Source: a virus
Taxonomy: Duplodnaviria; Caudoviricetes
Direction: 5' to 3' (one strand)
Length of the DNA: 64,000 nt
IMG/VR virus record: IMGVR_UViG_2889049205_000001
Coordinates: 1 to 64,000 of that record
Both the position numbers and the translations under genes were made by a program. Of the stretch, positions 38,212 through 48,185 are shown one piece after another. Each line of letters opens with the position of its first letter. Position 1 is the first letter of the stretch. Below the pieces are notes generated by a model, which saw only the letters and a program-made list of their open reading frames with translations, had not been told where the DNA came from and ran no database searches.

Positions 38212-39375
38212 TTATCTCACCTCGATTTGAGTGATTTTTTTGAACAGGCTCCTATCTATTGGGCACGAGAACAATTTACCGGAATTAATTGATGTACCCT
38301 CGGTCATCGTATTAAAGTACGATGTGCGTAATTGGAGTTTTCCGTCCGCCGTAACAAATTGATCGAGCGCATATTGATTCATACTGTCTAATTGATTAAA
38401 ATCCAGATTTACGTTTGAGACAGCACTCGACGACGCCGACATAGAAACCTTGATTTTAATATACCTTGTGTCCGGCGGGGAAGCGGGATCCAGTTGAGAG
38501 AAACCAGTAAAAGTGACTCCATCGGACGATGAAGCAGCCTCGAGTGAAACACGAGTTGAAGGCGGAGATTCCTGGTTTATGATTTCAATCAGAGTTGTGT
38601 CAATCCAGCCCTGGCTCAGATCGATAACAGGAGATTCCCAGGTTCCGGATGTGGCGTATAATGTGAGAGCTGTTTCTTTTAACATTTGCAAGAAGGACAA
38701 TCTCACGCCAGCTGTACTGTTGGAGTCTGTGATATACAACCGGTATCGCTGATACATGCCAATTTTACTGCAAGTAAATGCTCTGATTTCTGACGCCAGC
38801 CAATCGGATACATTGGACCTAGAATCGAGGACCGTCCAACCAGAGCCATCCCATGCTTGAAATTGCCATGACTTGGGCATCCAACCTAAGTTAGATCCAC
38901 CAGCTTCACACCCAAGATTGTATTGAACTATCTTTGTTGGTGTTGAAAATTCATACTGTAGCCATACGTTAGATGGAATGCTCGTTTTCCAAGTGCCAAT
39001 GCCCGTCCCGCTTGAGGCTTGGGATCCATCTAAAGCCCTCCACGCTTCGTAGGATGAGAGCTGATCGTTTGTGGTCACTGCTGAATCACTGCCCGATAAA
39101 GGCGAAATAGCATTTTCAGGGCTTCCAGCAATTAATCCTACAGCTCTTAATTGGATTTTACCTCCACTCAGCTCCGTATCAGTAAATGTGCCTTGAGATA
39201 AATCTAATTGATTACTGCCAGCTGCTTTGATCTTGCTCGCCTGACCTTCTAGCCAGTCCAACCGTGAGTCAACAGTTGGGAATCGACCTTCTGCGGACGG
39301 AGCAATGACATTCTGATCCAGATCGGTGCTTCGTCTAAGGGCTGACGATGCCAGCCCGAGAGAAATAACATCCAT
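38212..39375 (-). CDS. Tail fibre protein with a discoidin domain
   Basis: DVISL N-terminal module; AWRALDG...WLQYEF...PKSWQFQAW...YQRYRLYI. Confidence 0.8.
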   Translation of the reverse strand: MDVISLGLASSALRRSTDLDQNVIAPSAEGRFPTVDSRLDWLEGQASKIKAAGSNQLDLSQGTFTDTELSGGKIQLRAVGLIAGSPENAISPLSGSDSAVTTNDQLSSYEAWRALDGSQASSGTGIGTWKTSIPSNVWLQYEFSTPTKIVQYNLGCEAGGSNLGWMPKSWQFQAWDGSGWTVLDSRSNVSDWLASEIRAFTCSKIGMYQRYRLYITDSNSTAGVRLSFLQMLKETALTLYATSGTWESPVIDLSQGWIDTTLIEIINQESPPSTRVSLEAASSSDGVTFTGFSQLDPASPPDTRYIKIKVSMSASSSAVSNVNLDFNQLDSMNQYALDQFVTADGKLQLRTSYFNTMTEGTSINSGKLFSCPIDRSLFKKITQIEVR

Positions 39376-39390
39376 CTCTGTTCACCGTCC

Positions 39391-39831
39391 TTATACGATC
39401 GTAGTGGTGGTTGCCACGTTTTCGATATTGCCGGTCGTGACATTGTAGGTATAGACTTTTTTGATGGTGATGCTTTGTCCATTTTCCGTGTATTTCTTAT
39501 TTGAATAGTCCAGCGTCCCATTCACGGCGTCGGCGTATACATAATCGATCGTGTATATGATGTCGCCTGTGACCTCATGTTTAATTACGTTTCCGTTGTC
39601 GTCGTAGGTGAACTTCTCATTGAAGTTCCCAACCTCACCGAGAGCGCCGATCCTTTTCCGAAGCTCGTCGATTAGTTGCTCAAGCCCCGTCTTCGTAGCT
39701 TCAATTTTTGTATCAACGCCGCCGAGTCTTATCGACAAAGACTGGCTCGTTCCTTTTGCGCTTTCGAGATCCGAAAGCAGCTGCTGCAGCTCAAGTCCTA
39801 AATCTTGTTTGAGGATTTTAGTGGTGGACAT
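39391..39831 (-). CDS. Coiled-coil plus beta-meander baseplate/fibre attachment protein (~146 aa)
   Basis: SD AGGAGG before ATG 39831; heptad N-terminal half and YD-like C-terminal half. Confidence 0.7.
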   Translation of the reverse strand: MSTTKILKQDLGLELQQLLSDLESAKGTSQSLSIRLGGVDTKIEATKTGLEQLIDELRKRIGALGEVGNFNEKFTYDDNGNVIKHEVTGDIIYTIDYVYADAVNGTLDYSNKKYTENGQSITIKKVYTYNVTTGNIENVATTTTIV

Positions 39832-39880
39832 ATCAGTTCGACCTCCTTGATATACGTGCAAAATATTTTCCAGCAGCGGG

Positions 39881-40741
39881 TTACAGAATGTCGATCACTT
39901 TGGCGACAATCATCTCATCATTGAGAATCGCCTGATTGGTAAGCAGTACCGGCTGGTTATTCAAGTAGAATCTTGTGATGGTAAAATCCAAGATGTTTTT
40001 GTCGGCATCCATAATCTGTTGAACCAGGTCGTTATAGATGAACCCTTGGCCCATGTTAAAATTGGCGAAGTAGGTGTAGAGAGCTGACTTGCAATCAAAT
40101 CGGATACGGTCCCGATCGGATGCGGTGGTGGATTCGTGGAACACGAGCTGCACCTGTAGCTCCATTGGAATCTCTCTTGGGAGCATGACGTTCCGCTTGA
40201 CTCCATATGCTTTAATGTCCTGGAACACTTTGAATACATTTGCTTTTACGTCTGCTGGCGTAAACCCGAAGGATGGCACAATCATAAAGCTGAAGCTCCC
40301 TGTACCATGTGTGAACTCCATGCCGACTACATCGTCAACGCCAGGCACAGCCAAGGCTGCAAGTCGCAGCGCCTGGTAATTGGCGTTGGCTGCCGTCAGG
40401 ACCCGCTGCGAGATTTCGTATCGGTATGTCTTGTCGTCGATTAGCTGCTGCGTGATCAGCCCTGTCTTCTCGTCGTAGATCGTTTGGATCCGGCGAGGGT
40501 AGCTGAAGAGCTGGCCGATCATATCCAGATATTGGTCTACAGCCTTACTGAGAAACCCCATATTCAGCACTTCTTCTGCATAGTCATACAGGCTCGGGAA
40601 CTCGTCTTTCATGGCCTCGACCAGTGCCCTAGCGATCGCTCCGGGCTTGAAGTTAGTGATCGGCGTATTGTTCTTGATCTTCTCCATAGCATCCCGCAGG
40701 ACCTGATCCGCCGTTCGTTTTAATAGAGCCATTCCGCTCAC
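39881..40741 (-). CDS. Baseplate J-like (T4 gp6-like) wedge protein
   Basis: GAIARALVEA...YLDMIG...R...DDKTYRYEI...ALAVPGVDDV...GTGSFSFMIVP motifs. Confidence 0.85.
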   Translation of the reverse strand: MSGMALLKRTADQVLRDAMEKIKNNTPITNFKPGAIARALVEAMKDEFPSLYDYAEEVLNMGFLSKAVDQYLDMIGQLFSYPRRIQTIYDEKTGLITQQLIDDKTYRYEISQRVLTAANANYQALRLAALAVPGVDDVVGMEFTHGTGSFSFMIVPSFGFTPADVKANVFKVFQDIKAYGVKRNVMLPREIPMELQVQLVFHESTTASDRDRIRFDCKSALYTYFANFNMGQGFIYNDLVQQIMDADKNILDFTITRFYLNNQPVLLTNQAILNDEMIVAKVIDIL

Positions 40742-40747
40742 CTGCCT

Positions 40748-41158
40748 TTACAGATCTAAGCTTTGCTTGATGGCCAGCGGCTTTTCTTCGCCGGCATCCA
40801 GCAGCATATAAAAATCAATTTGTTCGATACTGATGGGAACCGGCCGGATATACAAGTCAGCCTGCAAGAAGCGGCCATCCGCCATTAAAGTATCGTAAAT
40901 CTGTGTAACGCCTTTCGCTGCCGTTTCTCTCGTGTTCGGTTCTCCTTCGAGAAGCTCCAGATCTCCACCGATCTGATTGTGGTGCCGCCAGTCACCCCGC
41001 TGCGTTCGGACACGATTGATGATGTCTTGCCTTGCGCAGTCGTAGGGGCCGGTAAGTGCGAAGTCCACCAGCCCATCTGCATCTGGCTTGCCAAGGATCA
41101 CGTCACCCTCCACGCCATCAGCGTAAAAGGCCATGTCCACCTCGTTATACCTCTTCAT
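40748..41158 (-). CDS. gp25/gpW-like baseplate (sheath initiator) protein
   Basis: ARQDIINRVRTQRGDWRHHNQIGGDL motif; directly precedes baseplate J. Confidence 0.75.
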   Translation of the reverse strand: MKRYNEVDMAFYADGVEGDVILGKPDADGLVDFALTGPYDCARQDIINRVRTQRGDWRHHNQIGGDLELLEGEPNTRETAAKGVTQIYDTLMADGRFLQADLYIRPVPISIEQIDFYMLLDAGEEKPLAIKQSLDL

Positions 41159-41501
41159 CCGCCTTCCCTCCAATCAGCCCCAAGATCTCCTCTTGCTCCG
41201 TATCGATGATCGTAAACTCGTGATCGCCAGAAAACACTTTGAACTGGGAGCAGAACAGATTCACTCGGGCAGCGTAAATGGAGAACGTCTTGCTTTCCGG
41301 ATCCATCCGGAAACCCAACCCATAATCTGAGAATCCTTCGAGCACACCACTGGATCGGGCAAGCAGTCCGGCGCCTGACAGGGGGTTAACGAAGCCGACA
41401 TCCTCGCTGCTGGCCATTGTCGATTCCTCGGCCAGTGTGTTCAAATTCGTTTCTTGTGGAAACATTATGCTGTTGAGCGTATCCATCCAGGAGTCAGCCA
41501 T
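41145..41501 (-). CDS. Small baseplate protein, possibly a short spike beta-helix (118 aa)
   Basis: Lies between the OB-fold gene and the gp25-like gene; rich in beta-strand patterns. Confidence 0.6.
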   Translation of the reverse strand: MADSWMDTLNSIMFPQETNLNTLAEESTMASSEDVGFVNPLSGAGLLARSSGVLEGFSDYGLGFRMDPESKTFSIYAARVNLFCSQFKVFSGDHEFTIIDTEQEEILGLIGGKADEEV

Positions 41502-41507
41502 GAACTA

Positions 41508-41924
41508 TCACCCCAATCCGAAGGTATCGCCGACGGCGTAGAAGAGATTCCGGAAGAACCTTGATTCTACCGACGGTTCTCTGTAGTAGGCCGTGACGAT
41601 CGGAGTGCTGGCATCACCATTAATAAACTGCACCCATACCCTGTCGTTTTCTTTTAAGCCTTTGTCAATGATGCCTGTCGAATAAACAAAACAAGGGACA
41701 TCATGAAATTCCTTAACACGATTTCCCTGATTCACATGAATATCCACCGTATGTTGCGTACTCTTTTCTATGGAGGCCCCTTGATGTCTCTTGCAGCTGC
41801 AGGTATCAGCCTGCCGGTGGTAATTCACCACATAGCCGATCAGGCCGGAGGTGCGTGTATCCAGCGCACCCTCCGTTCCTGCCTTTGCGAGTTTCTGACG
41901 AAGCGGGGTTTGATCTAATGCCAT
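41508..41924 (-). CDS. Baseplate spike OB-fold protein (gp5/gpV N-terminal-like)
   Basis: GYVVNY...TVDI...DVP...NDRVWVQFINGDASTPIV motif. Confidence 0.7.
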   Translation of the reverse strand: MALDQTPLRQKLAKAGTEGALDTRTSGLIGYVVNYHRQADTCSCKRHQGASIEKSTQHTVDIHVNQGNRVKEFHDVPCFVYSTGIIDKGLKENDRVWVQFINGDASTPIVTAYYREPSVESRFFRNLFYAVGDTFGLG

Positions 41925-41930
41925 AATGCA

Positions 41931-44900
41931 TCATCCCCTGATATATGATAAGTGCAGATGATTGAAGTGATCGTTCCGCTGCGTAATCACGGTACCAGGA
42001 TACTTGGTTTTGCACGTTGCAATGACGTCTACATCCCCATGTATGATTCCGCCAAACCCGGTCTCGACTGCACAATCAATCAAGATTTCCAAATTTCTTT
42101 TTTCCTTGCTCCCTTTCGGGAACCGGTATGCTCCGGAGATGTAAGGTGCATTTGGAGTATCGACATCGCACCCGTACCCCGTTCCGTGCCAGTTTGGATC
42201 CCCAGGGCGGTAAGCACTCGTGATGGCCATTGTTTCTCCGGTGCGACTCTTATACAGCGACCCCATGCGTTCAAGCGCATTGTAGGAAGCCTGCCGGATA
42301 AGCGAAGACTCAGAAACCAATGTGAGCCTAATATTGGTCAACGGCTGCGTCTTCAGATCAATTAAGACGCTTTTGGCTTCCGCCGGCTGCACTCGGTATT
42401 TCGTGCTGCCTTGAGTTCCGAGTACCGTGACGCCATCTGCGCTCGAAGCGCTGATCGGCGGCTTGTAGTTCGGGTCCAACATGGCAATCTTCCGCATGAT
42501 TCCGGCTATACCATTCGCCCAGTTTTTGTCTGTGGCATACTTCTTGTTCATGCCGACCAGGGTTGCCCCGCCAAAATACTTTCCGTCCGGCAGAAGATAA
42601 TCCCTCTTGATCTGCTGCGCTGCGAAGTTGATGCAATGCTGCTTGCTATCGAACGTCCAGGCAGACTCATAGGGGCTTGAATCGTAGGCGCCGTATCCAA
42701 ACATGTTGTTTTTGTCCCGGAAGATCCTAGAGTCCCCCCAGCCCGTCTCCCAGGCGGCGTGAGCTGCCAGATATAAGCCGTTGATGACCCCGGCAATCTG
42801 TACCGTCTGACCCGTCTTCGGGTTTCGCACAGGCGGGATAGAAGTCTCTACAGCTACAAACGCTTGTCCTAGACCGGCCAGCGGCGTTCCGGAAAATGCC
42901 TTGTTAATCGCCTCTGCCGAGATTCCGCTCGGCGTGTTCAGATCCATGTTGGCATATCCGGTTCCTGATTGACCCGGAACAGCTACCGGATCGACCGTGT
43001 AGATTGAGTCTCGATTATTTTCCTCGTCGAGTGAATCTACTCGTTTCAGGTAGGCTTCCTGCGCTTCGATAACCTCTTGCTCATATCTTGCTTTGAACTT
43101 CTCATCGTAAGGCACTACACGACGGTGAGCTTGAATGAAGTTGGCCACAACTACATTGGGGTCATACGGCAGATTATCCGTACTCGTTTCTCCTGCAGTC
43201 TGCACCTTCGGAATGTCAAACGCATCGGTCGCCTGCTGATTGGCAGCGTACTTGGAGACGTCTGCCCCCAGGAACGAGAAGAATACCGATTGCCACTTGC
43301 CAGTGAATATACGCTGGATCAAGTCGGGCGAGTCCGTGATAACCGAGCCTTTGTGACCATTGATGCCGGCCGAGAACTCATATCCGTCCTTCTGCAGCGT
43401 CGCAATCATGCAAGCTTGCCTCGTAAAGAGGAATCGTTCCAAATACTCCGCCACGCCCGCCAAGGCCACCTCTGTGACCAGTGTTTCAATCAGCACCGGA
43501 ATGATGCCGACTCCCGTCGCAGACACAGCTCCTCGGACCGCCCAGCGACCTGCCCGCAAGCTTTTTCCGGCGATCTTTGCACCAGTGAAAGCTAGCTTTG
43601 ACGTAATGCGACGCATCTTCGCTATTTTAGTTATATTGATTTTATCATAACCCAGAATACGGTTATCACTCAAAATGTCGTCAGCCTTGTCAAAGAGATC
43701 TTCCATCTTTGAGAGCTCGAGATTGTCCAATGTCTTGATGATATCGTCCAATAGCCCACTGGCTTTCCATTTCTTTCTCGTTTCTTCCGAGATGGGATTA
43801 TATTCCCGCCACTTGCCCGTAACCTCGTCATATTCCCATATGTTCGTGCCGGCAGCCGGCTTCGGATTTACATTGAGCATTTCTTTCAGCTTATCAATGC
43901 CCTTGTCGATTTTGAATGTCTGCGTCATTTTCTTGTATTGCCGTTTGATCAAGCCCCATGCCGCATTCATGATCGGGAATGCACCCTTGTAATTCGGGTT
44001 CGCCAGAATCCCACGGAGCACCAGTGTCATGGTGAGTGCCGTGCCGATCGAGTAGCAGCTGTGCATGAAGTTCATTTGAGTCTGGTCGGAATTGACGACT
44101 ACCGCATCCGGCTTGACCATCGTTATAAAACCGAACTCCATGTTCATCATCTGCGTGACTTCCCGCACCTCTGCCGGGCCTGTGATGCTGTTCCAAGTGT
44201 CATTGATTAGCATTTGGTCGAACGGCTTGACGGCCGGTTCTCCTACGAGAGTCAGGTATCCGTCGTACATCTCTTTGACATGATCTTTGAGTCCGCTCGC
44301 TGCGATCTTAATCGCAACGCCCTCATCGTAATACCATTTAAACGGCTTGTTCAGCCATCCACCGATGAGCGGAATGTTTTGGACCAGCCGGATGCCCTGG
44401 GCGTTCAGAGTCGTGTCCAGGTTCACCGTGCGCAGCTTCTCCGGCCAGATGTTTGTATCCACGTAGATCGGCTCCGTCGTGTCCAGCTTTCCCTCGTTGT
44501 AATACGTGCCGATCGCTACGTTGTACATGTTCTGCTCGGTGGCCGTGATGCTGTTATCCATGATGTTGGTCCAGCTATCAAAGACGTGGAACTGACGGAA
44601 TGTCTTTCGGTACAGCGAGATGTTGTCATCCTCGTCCACATGATACCCAAAGGCAATCGGCATGGTTGGCTTACCGCTGAATATTGTGCTTCTGAAATCG
44701 AACGGATGCACAGCCACAACATGATCTTGCCCGATTGCTGCCGTGATGTTCAGGACGTCCCACACCGTCTTGTCATACAAGTTAATGTTGATGCCAGGCT
44801 CGTCAGCATCCCCTACCCCAAAGAAGTCTCCCATCCGGCTCCAGAACCCGACCTCCGAATTGAGTTTGCCTGTCACCTCGTAGACATTCATGTTGATCTC

Positions 44901-47900
44901 GTTCATGATCCGGCTGGTTAACTCGCCGAACAGATTATCTGCCGGCCGCCCCGGAGCTCCGAAGTGGATGATTCCGAGCGAGTGCTTGGCGTAATCGGCG
45001 TTGCTGAAAGCCTGCTTTAGGTTTCCGAAGAAGCCCTGGTCATCCCGCAGCAATGCATCGACAATCTCCGTAGGCTCTTTCTTGCTGAAGATAAAACCGC
45101 TCGTTGTGTCATCCGGATTGGCTTTGATTTTGTTGGTCAGTTCGATGCCATCGTCTTGCACGACCACGGACACGCTTTCGCCGTTGTTCTGCAATTCTGT
45201 AATGGTGCCATTCATCAGCGTCGGCATGCTCATCGGATTCGATCCATACCCCATACGGAAGTGGACCCTGGCGCCAGTGCGGAGCATAATTGACTTGTAG
45301 AAGCTGGCATCTCGATTGCGGCTGCGCTCTGCCTCTTTAGCGGCGAAGCCCGGTGCGAGCAGCGATTGAACCAGATCCCATGCGCCATGATGTGTTAGAT
45401 CCATCGCCTTGACGCCATCAGATAGGCTGCCGTACACGTTGCTCATTTCGAGGGATAAGGTGCTTGAGGCCACCTTCCGGCTGTTCGTATACATGATGTC
45501 CGTAACAGCCTGATACCCAAAGTAACGGTCTGACATTTTGATCGTGCCCATGTATTGCCCTTCATCGACGAACATTAGGAAGAAAGACGGAAACGCCCGC
45601 ACAAGACGGCCACGTCGGTCGTATTTCTCCAGATCATGGAACATCTCACGCAGCGTCGTTTCCTCATCCTCAAAATCGGATTCTTCATGAACCGAGTCCG
45701 ATTTGGCATAGACGGTCGCATTCTGCAGGCTGGCTGTTTTGTAATCCGGCACCGGCAGCTCACTGACTTTCTTTTGAATGGTTGCCTCATCCCATTCTTT
45801 CGTTTGGCCGATGATCGTCAGCATCTTCTTGATTTGGACGACTAGTGCATAGGAGAGCTTCTTGTTGGATTTGTACAGCCGGCCATACTCTGTCTCAAAG
45901 CCAAGGTACAGGCAGACAGCAGCGGCAAAATAGCATCTCTCCGTATCCGTCGCCTTATCGGCGTTTAAGCCGAATGCATCGTAAACATACGAGCTGATCA
46001 TGTTCGAGGTCTTCACCTTGTTGAAATAATACTGTAGGTGTGCGACACCCGTCTCGATGTTGTACTCGTAGTTCATGCCAAGCGAATTCGGCTCCCCCAT
46101 GATAGGACTAACCCGCATAATGCCAATATGCGCCGCTTCCCGGATAAAGCTGGTATCGGCAAAGAACTTCATCTCTGCAGTCTGCATAATTGGCACGTTC
46201 GATTTCTCCACATAAACGTTGCCGAGCGACGTATTGGCGCCGTATCCTGTCGCATAGAAGTGACGAAGCTTTTCGTCAAAGGATTTTGCAAAGGCCACGG
46301 CCCATGATTGCTTAATGACATTCGTCTGCGGGTTCGGATTCAATGGGGTCTGCTGCTGAGCAACGGCAGCAGTAAGATCCTTCATTTTCTGAAAGGTCTT
46401 CTGCCGGATCAAGGACTCGAACTCCGTTGCCGTCAGATTGGTTTCATTCGTTTCTTCCGGTGCCTCCTGAGCAACGCTTGGCTTTTTGCTCGCCGCTCGC
46501 TCGGTCTGCAGCTTGGCCGTATAATCTTTCGATTTCTCATCCGGCTTGAAACTGGCTTTGTCAACCACTGCCGTGCCGCCTATTGTGTCCCTGGCTTCCG
46601 ATTTGAAGGCGCTGTTTAGGTGATCCACCGCCTCCTGACCCACCGTCACAAAGTCATCATAGATCAGGAAGAAATCCGGCTCGACGTAAAACCCATCGTT
46701 GTTGTTAATGATCTGAAAGCCCGCTTCAGCCACTTCCGTGTAGGTTGGTAACTCCAAATCCGGATAGATTTCCACCGCTGTGAAGTTCTTCTTGATCTTG
46801 GCCTCATACAAGACTTTTTGCTTCACGTCGAGATCCATGTACCCTTTGACAGCAAGATCTCTGAATACCGGTCGATCCTTCAGCCAGGATGCCCATCCGA
46901 AGAAAGGGATCAGCAGTTTGGCGTTTGAGTTTCGCCATCCATCGATCTCCCATACCGCATCGTCCCCGTTCATCAGCCTTGTTTCAGCCAGCTTCTTCTG
47001 CGCCCGGTTAAAAGCGATCAGCGTGAGCTGGATATCAAATACGCCTGGCTGCCCCTCGACTGTCGTGGATTGTACGTCTTGGACGACCACGAATTTGACA
47101 CCAAAGAGGTTGGCCAGCGGATGATCAAACTGGATGAAACCGTTAGAGATTTCCTTGTGGTATTCCCGCACCAGATAGTTTGCTCGGCGAACCATGCCAT
47201 CGAACTGCGCCAGTGTTTCCGAGTCATCCGTGCGGAAGCGGGCCACGATCACCGTATCTTGGGATCCCAAGTATTGATGTGTCGGTGTTTCATGCGCCTG
47301 GATCTGCAGCGACGTGATGACGTTCTGGAAGCTTATGCTGAGATCTGTCAGATGCAGATCATCAAACATCCAGTCTTCCATCGTAATGTCATACTCGAAG
47401 ATGGCTTTTTTGTAATGCTCGTCGAAGTTTTGGTTAAACAGATCCTCGTCGAGCTCATCGAACGGAAGTGTCTCTCCATCGAAATCCTCGATGTCCACGT
47501 ATTTCTTATCGGCCATGTCGTCCTGCCATGCCTTTATCATTTTATCCCGGTCCACCCGCCAGCGGCGGATCGCATCAAGGTCGCCCTCAAAGGCTGTCTT
47601 AAACTTGAACTGATCCGTCATCTCCTGGCGCATGGGTTCGAAATACGTATAACGTCCTTCGCTCGGCTCCAGGCTTCGACGATAGTACCAGCGGAATAAC
47701 GGCCAGTTGAAAAGATCGTCAAAGGTGCGGTCATTCTCGTTGAAAATGTAGACGAATGGATTAAATGAATAGAGCTGCAGATTTGCCGTAATCGCCTGCG
47801 GAAATCCTGGCACTGTGGAAACTGTGATTCCGGCAACGCTCACTGCCTGAATATCGTAGACGTCATTCAGGTGCATACTTTGGACCGGAAGAAATGGGCA

Positions 47901-48173
47901 CTTTTTGACCTGGGCCAGTAGCGGCCGCAACTCATTGTTGATTGACTCCATATCCGGGAAAAACAGCGACAAATCGACCACGAGATCGAAATAGCCGCTG
48001 CCCTTAATAAAACTGCCCCGGCTCCGGAGCATATTAACTGTTTCATTTTTCATACGCTTGGTGACGGTGATGGCCGTGGGAGGCACGTAAAACTGCGTAT
48101 CGCCAATGCGCAAATGATGAGGGAGAAGACTCCCATAGAGGGAGTCCCGATCATCTATTCCTTTTGAGGCCAT
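41931..48173 (-). CDS. Baseplate hub / tail-associated lysin mega-fusion (~2080 aa): tube-initiator-like domains, degenerate lytic transglycosylase, gp27-like hub, GH73 glucosaminidase and M15-family metallopeptidase
   Basis: Hub-like RVHFRMGYG...MNGTITEL; GH73 LAAHAAWETGWG...NNMFGYGAYD...YATDKNWA; M15 ITSAYRP...WHGTGYGCD...HLHLS; SLT-like GIMRV...NIETGVAHL. Confidence 0.85.
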   Translation of the reverse strand: MASKGIDDRDSLYGSLLPHHLRIGDTQFYVPPTAITVTKRMKNETVNMLRSRGSFIKGSGYFDLVVDLSLFFPDMESINNELRPLLAQVKKCPFLPVQSMHLNDVYDIQAVSVAGITVSTVPGFPQAITANLQLYSFNPFVYIFNENDRTFDDLFNWPLFRWYYRRSLEPSEGRYTYFEPMRQEMTDQFKFKTAFEGDLDAIRRWRVDRDKMIKAWQDDMADKKYVDIEDFDGETLPFDELDEDLFNQNFDEHYKKAIFEYDITMEDWMFDDLHLTDLSISFQNVITSLQIQAHETPTHQYLGSQDTVIVARFRTDDSETLAQFDGMVRRANYLVREYHKEISNGFIQFDHPLANLFGVKFVVVQDVQSTTVEGQPGVFDIQLTLIAFNRAQKKLAETRLMNGDDAVWEIDGWRNSNAKLLIPFFGWASWLKDRPVFRDLAVKGYMDLDVKQKVLYEAKIKKNFTAVEIYPDLELPTYTEVAEAGFQIINNNDGFYVEPDFFLIYDDFVTVGQEAVDHLNSAFKSEARDTIGGTAVVDKASFKPDEKSKDYTAKLQTERAASKKPSVAQEAPEETNETNLTATEFESLIRQKTFQKMKDLTAAVAQQQTPLNPNPQTNVIKQSWAVAFAKSFDEKLRHFYATGYGANTSLGNVYVEKSNVPIMQTAEMKFFADTSFIREAAHIGIMRVSPIMGEPNSLGMNYEYNIETGVAHLQYYFNKVKTSNMISSYVYDAFGLNADKATDTERCYFAAAVCLYLGFETEYGRLYKSNKKLSYALVVQIKKMLTIIGQTKEWDEATIQKKVSELPVPDYKTASLQNATVYAKSDSVHEESDFEDEETTLREMFHDLEKYDRRGRLVRAFPSFFLMFVDEGQYMGTIKMSDRYFGYQAVTDIMYTNSRKVASSTLSLEMSNVYGSLSDGVKAMDLTHHGAWDLVQSLLAPGFAAKEAERSRNRDASFYKSIMLRTGARVHFRMGYGSNPMSMPTLMNGTITELQNNGESVSVVVQDDGIELTNKIKANPDDTTSGFIFSKKEPTEIVDALLRDDQGFFGNLKQAFSNADYAKHSLGIIHFGAPGRPADNLFGELTSRIMNEINMNVYEVTGKLNSEVGFWSRMGDFFGVGDADEPGININLYDKTVWDVLNITAAIGQDHVVAVHPFDFRSTIFSGKPTMPIAFGYHVDEDDNISLYRKTFRQFHVFDSWTNIMDNSITATEQNMYNVAIGTYYNEGKLDTTEPIYVDTNIWPEKLRTVNLDTTLNAQGIRLVQNIPLIGGWLNKPFKWYYDEGVAIKIAASGLKDHVKEMYDGYLTLVGEPAVKPFDQMLINDTWNSITGPAEVREVTQMMNMEFGFITMVKPDAVVVNSDQTQMNFMHSCYSIGTALTMTLVLRGILANPNYKGAFPIMNAAWGLIKRQYKKMTQTFKIDKGIDKLKEMLNVNPKPAAGTNIWEYDEVTGKWREYNPISEETRKKWKASGLLDDIIKTLDNLELSKMEDLFDKADDILSDNRILGYDKINITKIAKMRRITSKLAFTGAKIAGKSLRAGRWAVRGAVSATGVGIIPVLIETLVTEVALAGVAEYLERFLFTRQACMIATLQKDGYEFSAGINGHKGSVITDSPDLIQRIFTGKWQSVFFSFLGADVSKYAANQQATDAFDIPKVQTAGETSTDNLPYDPNVVVANFIQAHRRVVPYDEKFKARYEQEVIEAQEAYLKRVDSLDEENNRDSIYTVDPVAVPGQSGTGYANMDLNTPSGISAEAINKAFSGTPLAGLGQAFVAVETSIPPVRNPKTGQTVQIAGVINGLYLAAHAAWETGWGDSRIFRDKNNMFGYGAYDSSPYESAWTFDSKQHCINFAAQQIKRDYLLPDGKYFGGATLVGMNKKYATDKNWANGIAGIMRKIAMLDPNYKPPISASSADGVTVLGTQGSTKYRVQPAEAKSVLIDLKTQPLTNIRLTLVSESSLIRQASYNALERMGSLYKSRTGETMAITSAYRPGDPNWHGTGYGCDVDTPNAPYISGAYRFPKGSKEKRNLEILIDCAVETGFGGIIHGDVDVIATCKTKYPGTVITQRNDHFNHLHLSYIRG

Positions 48174-48185
48174 ATATAACACCCC

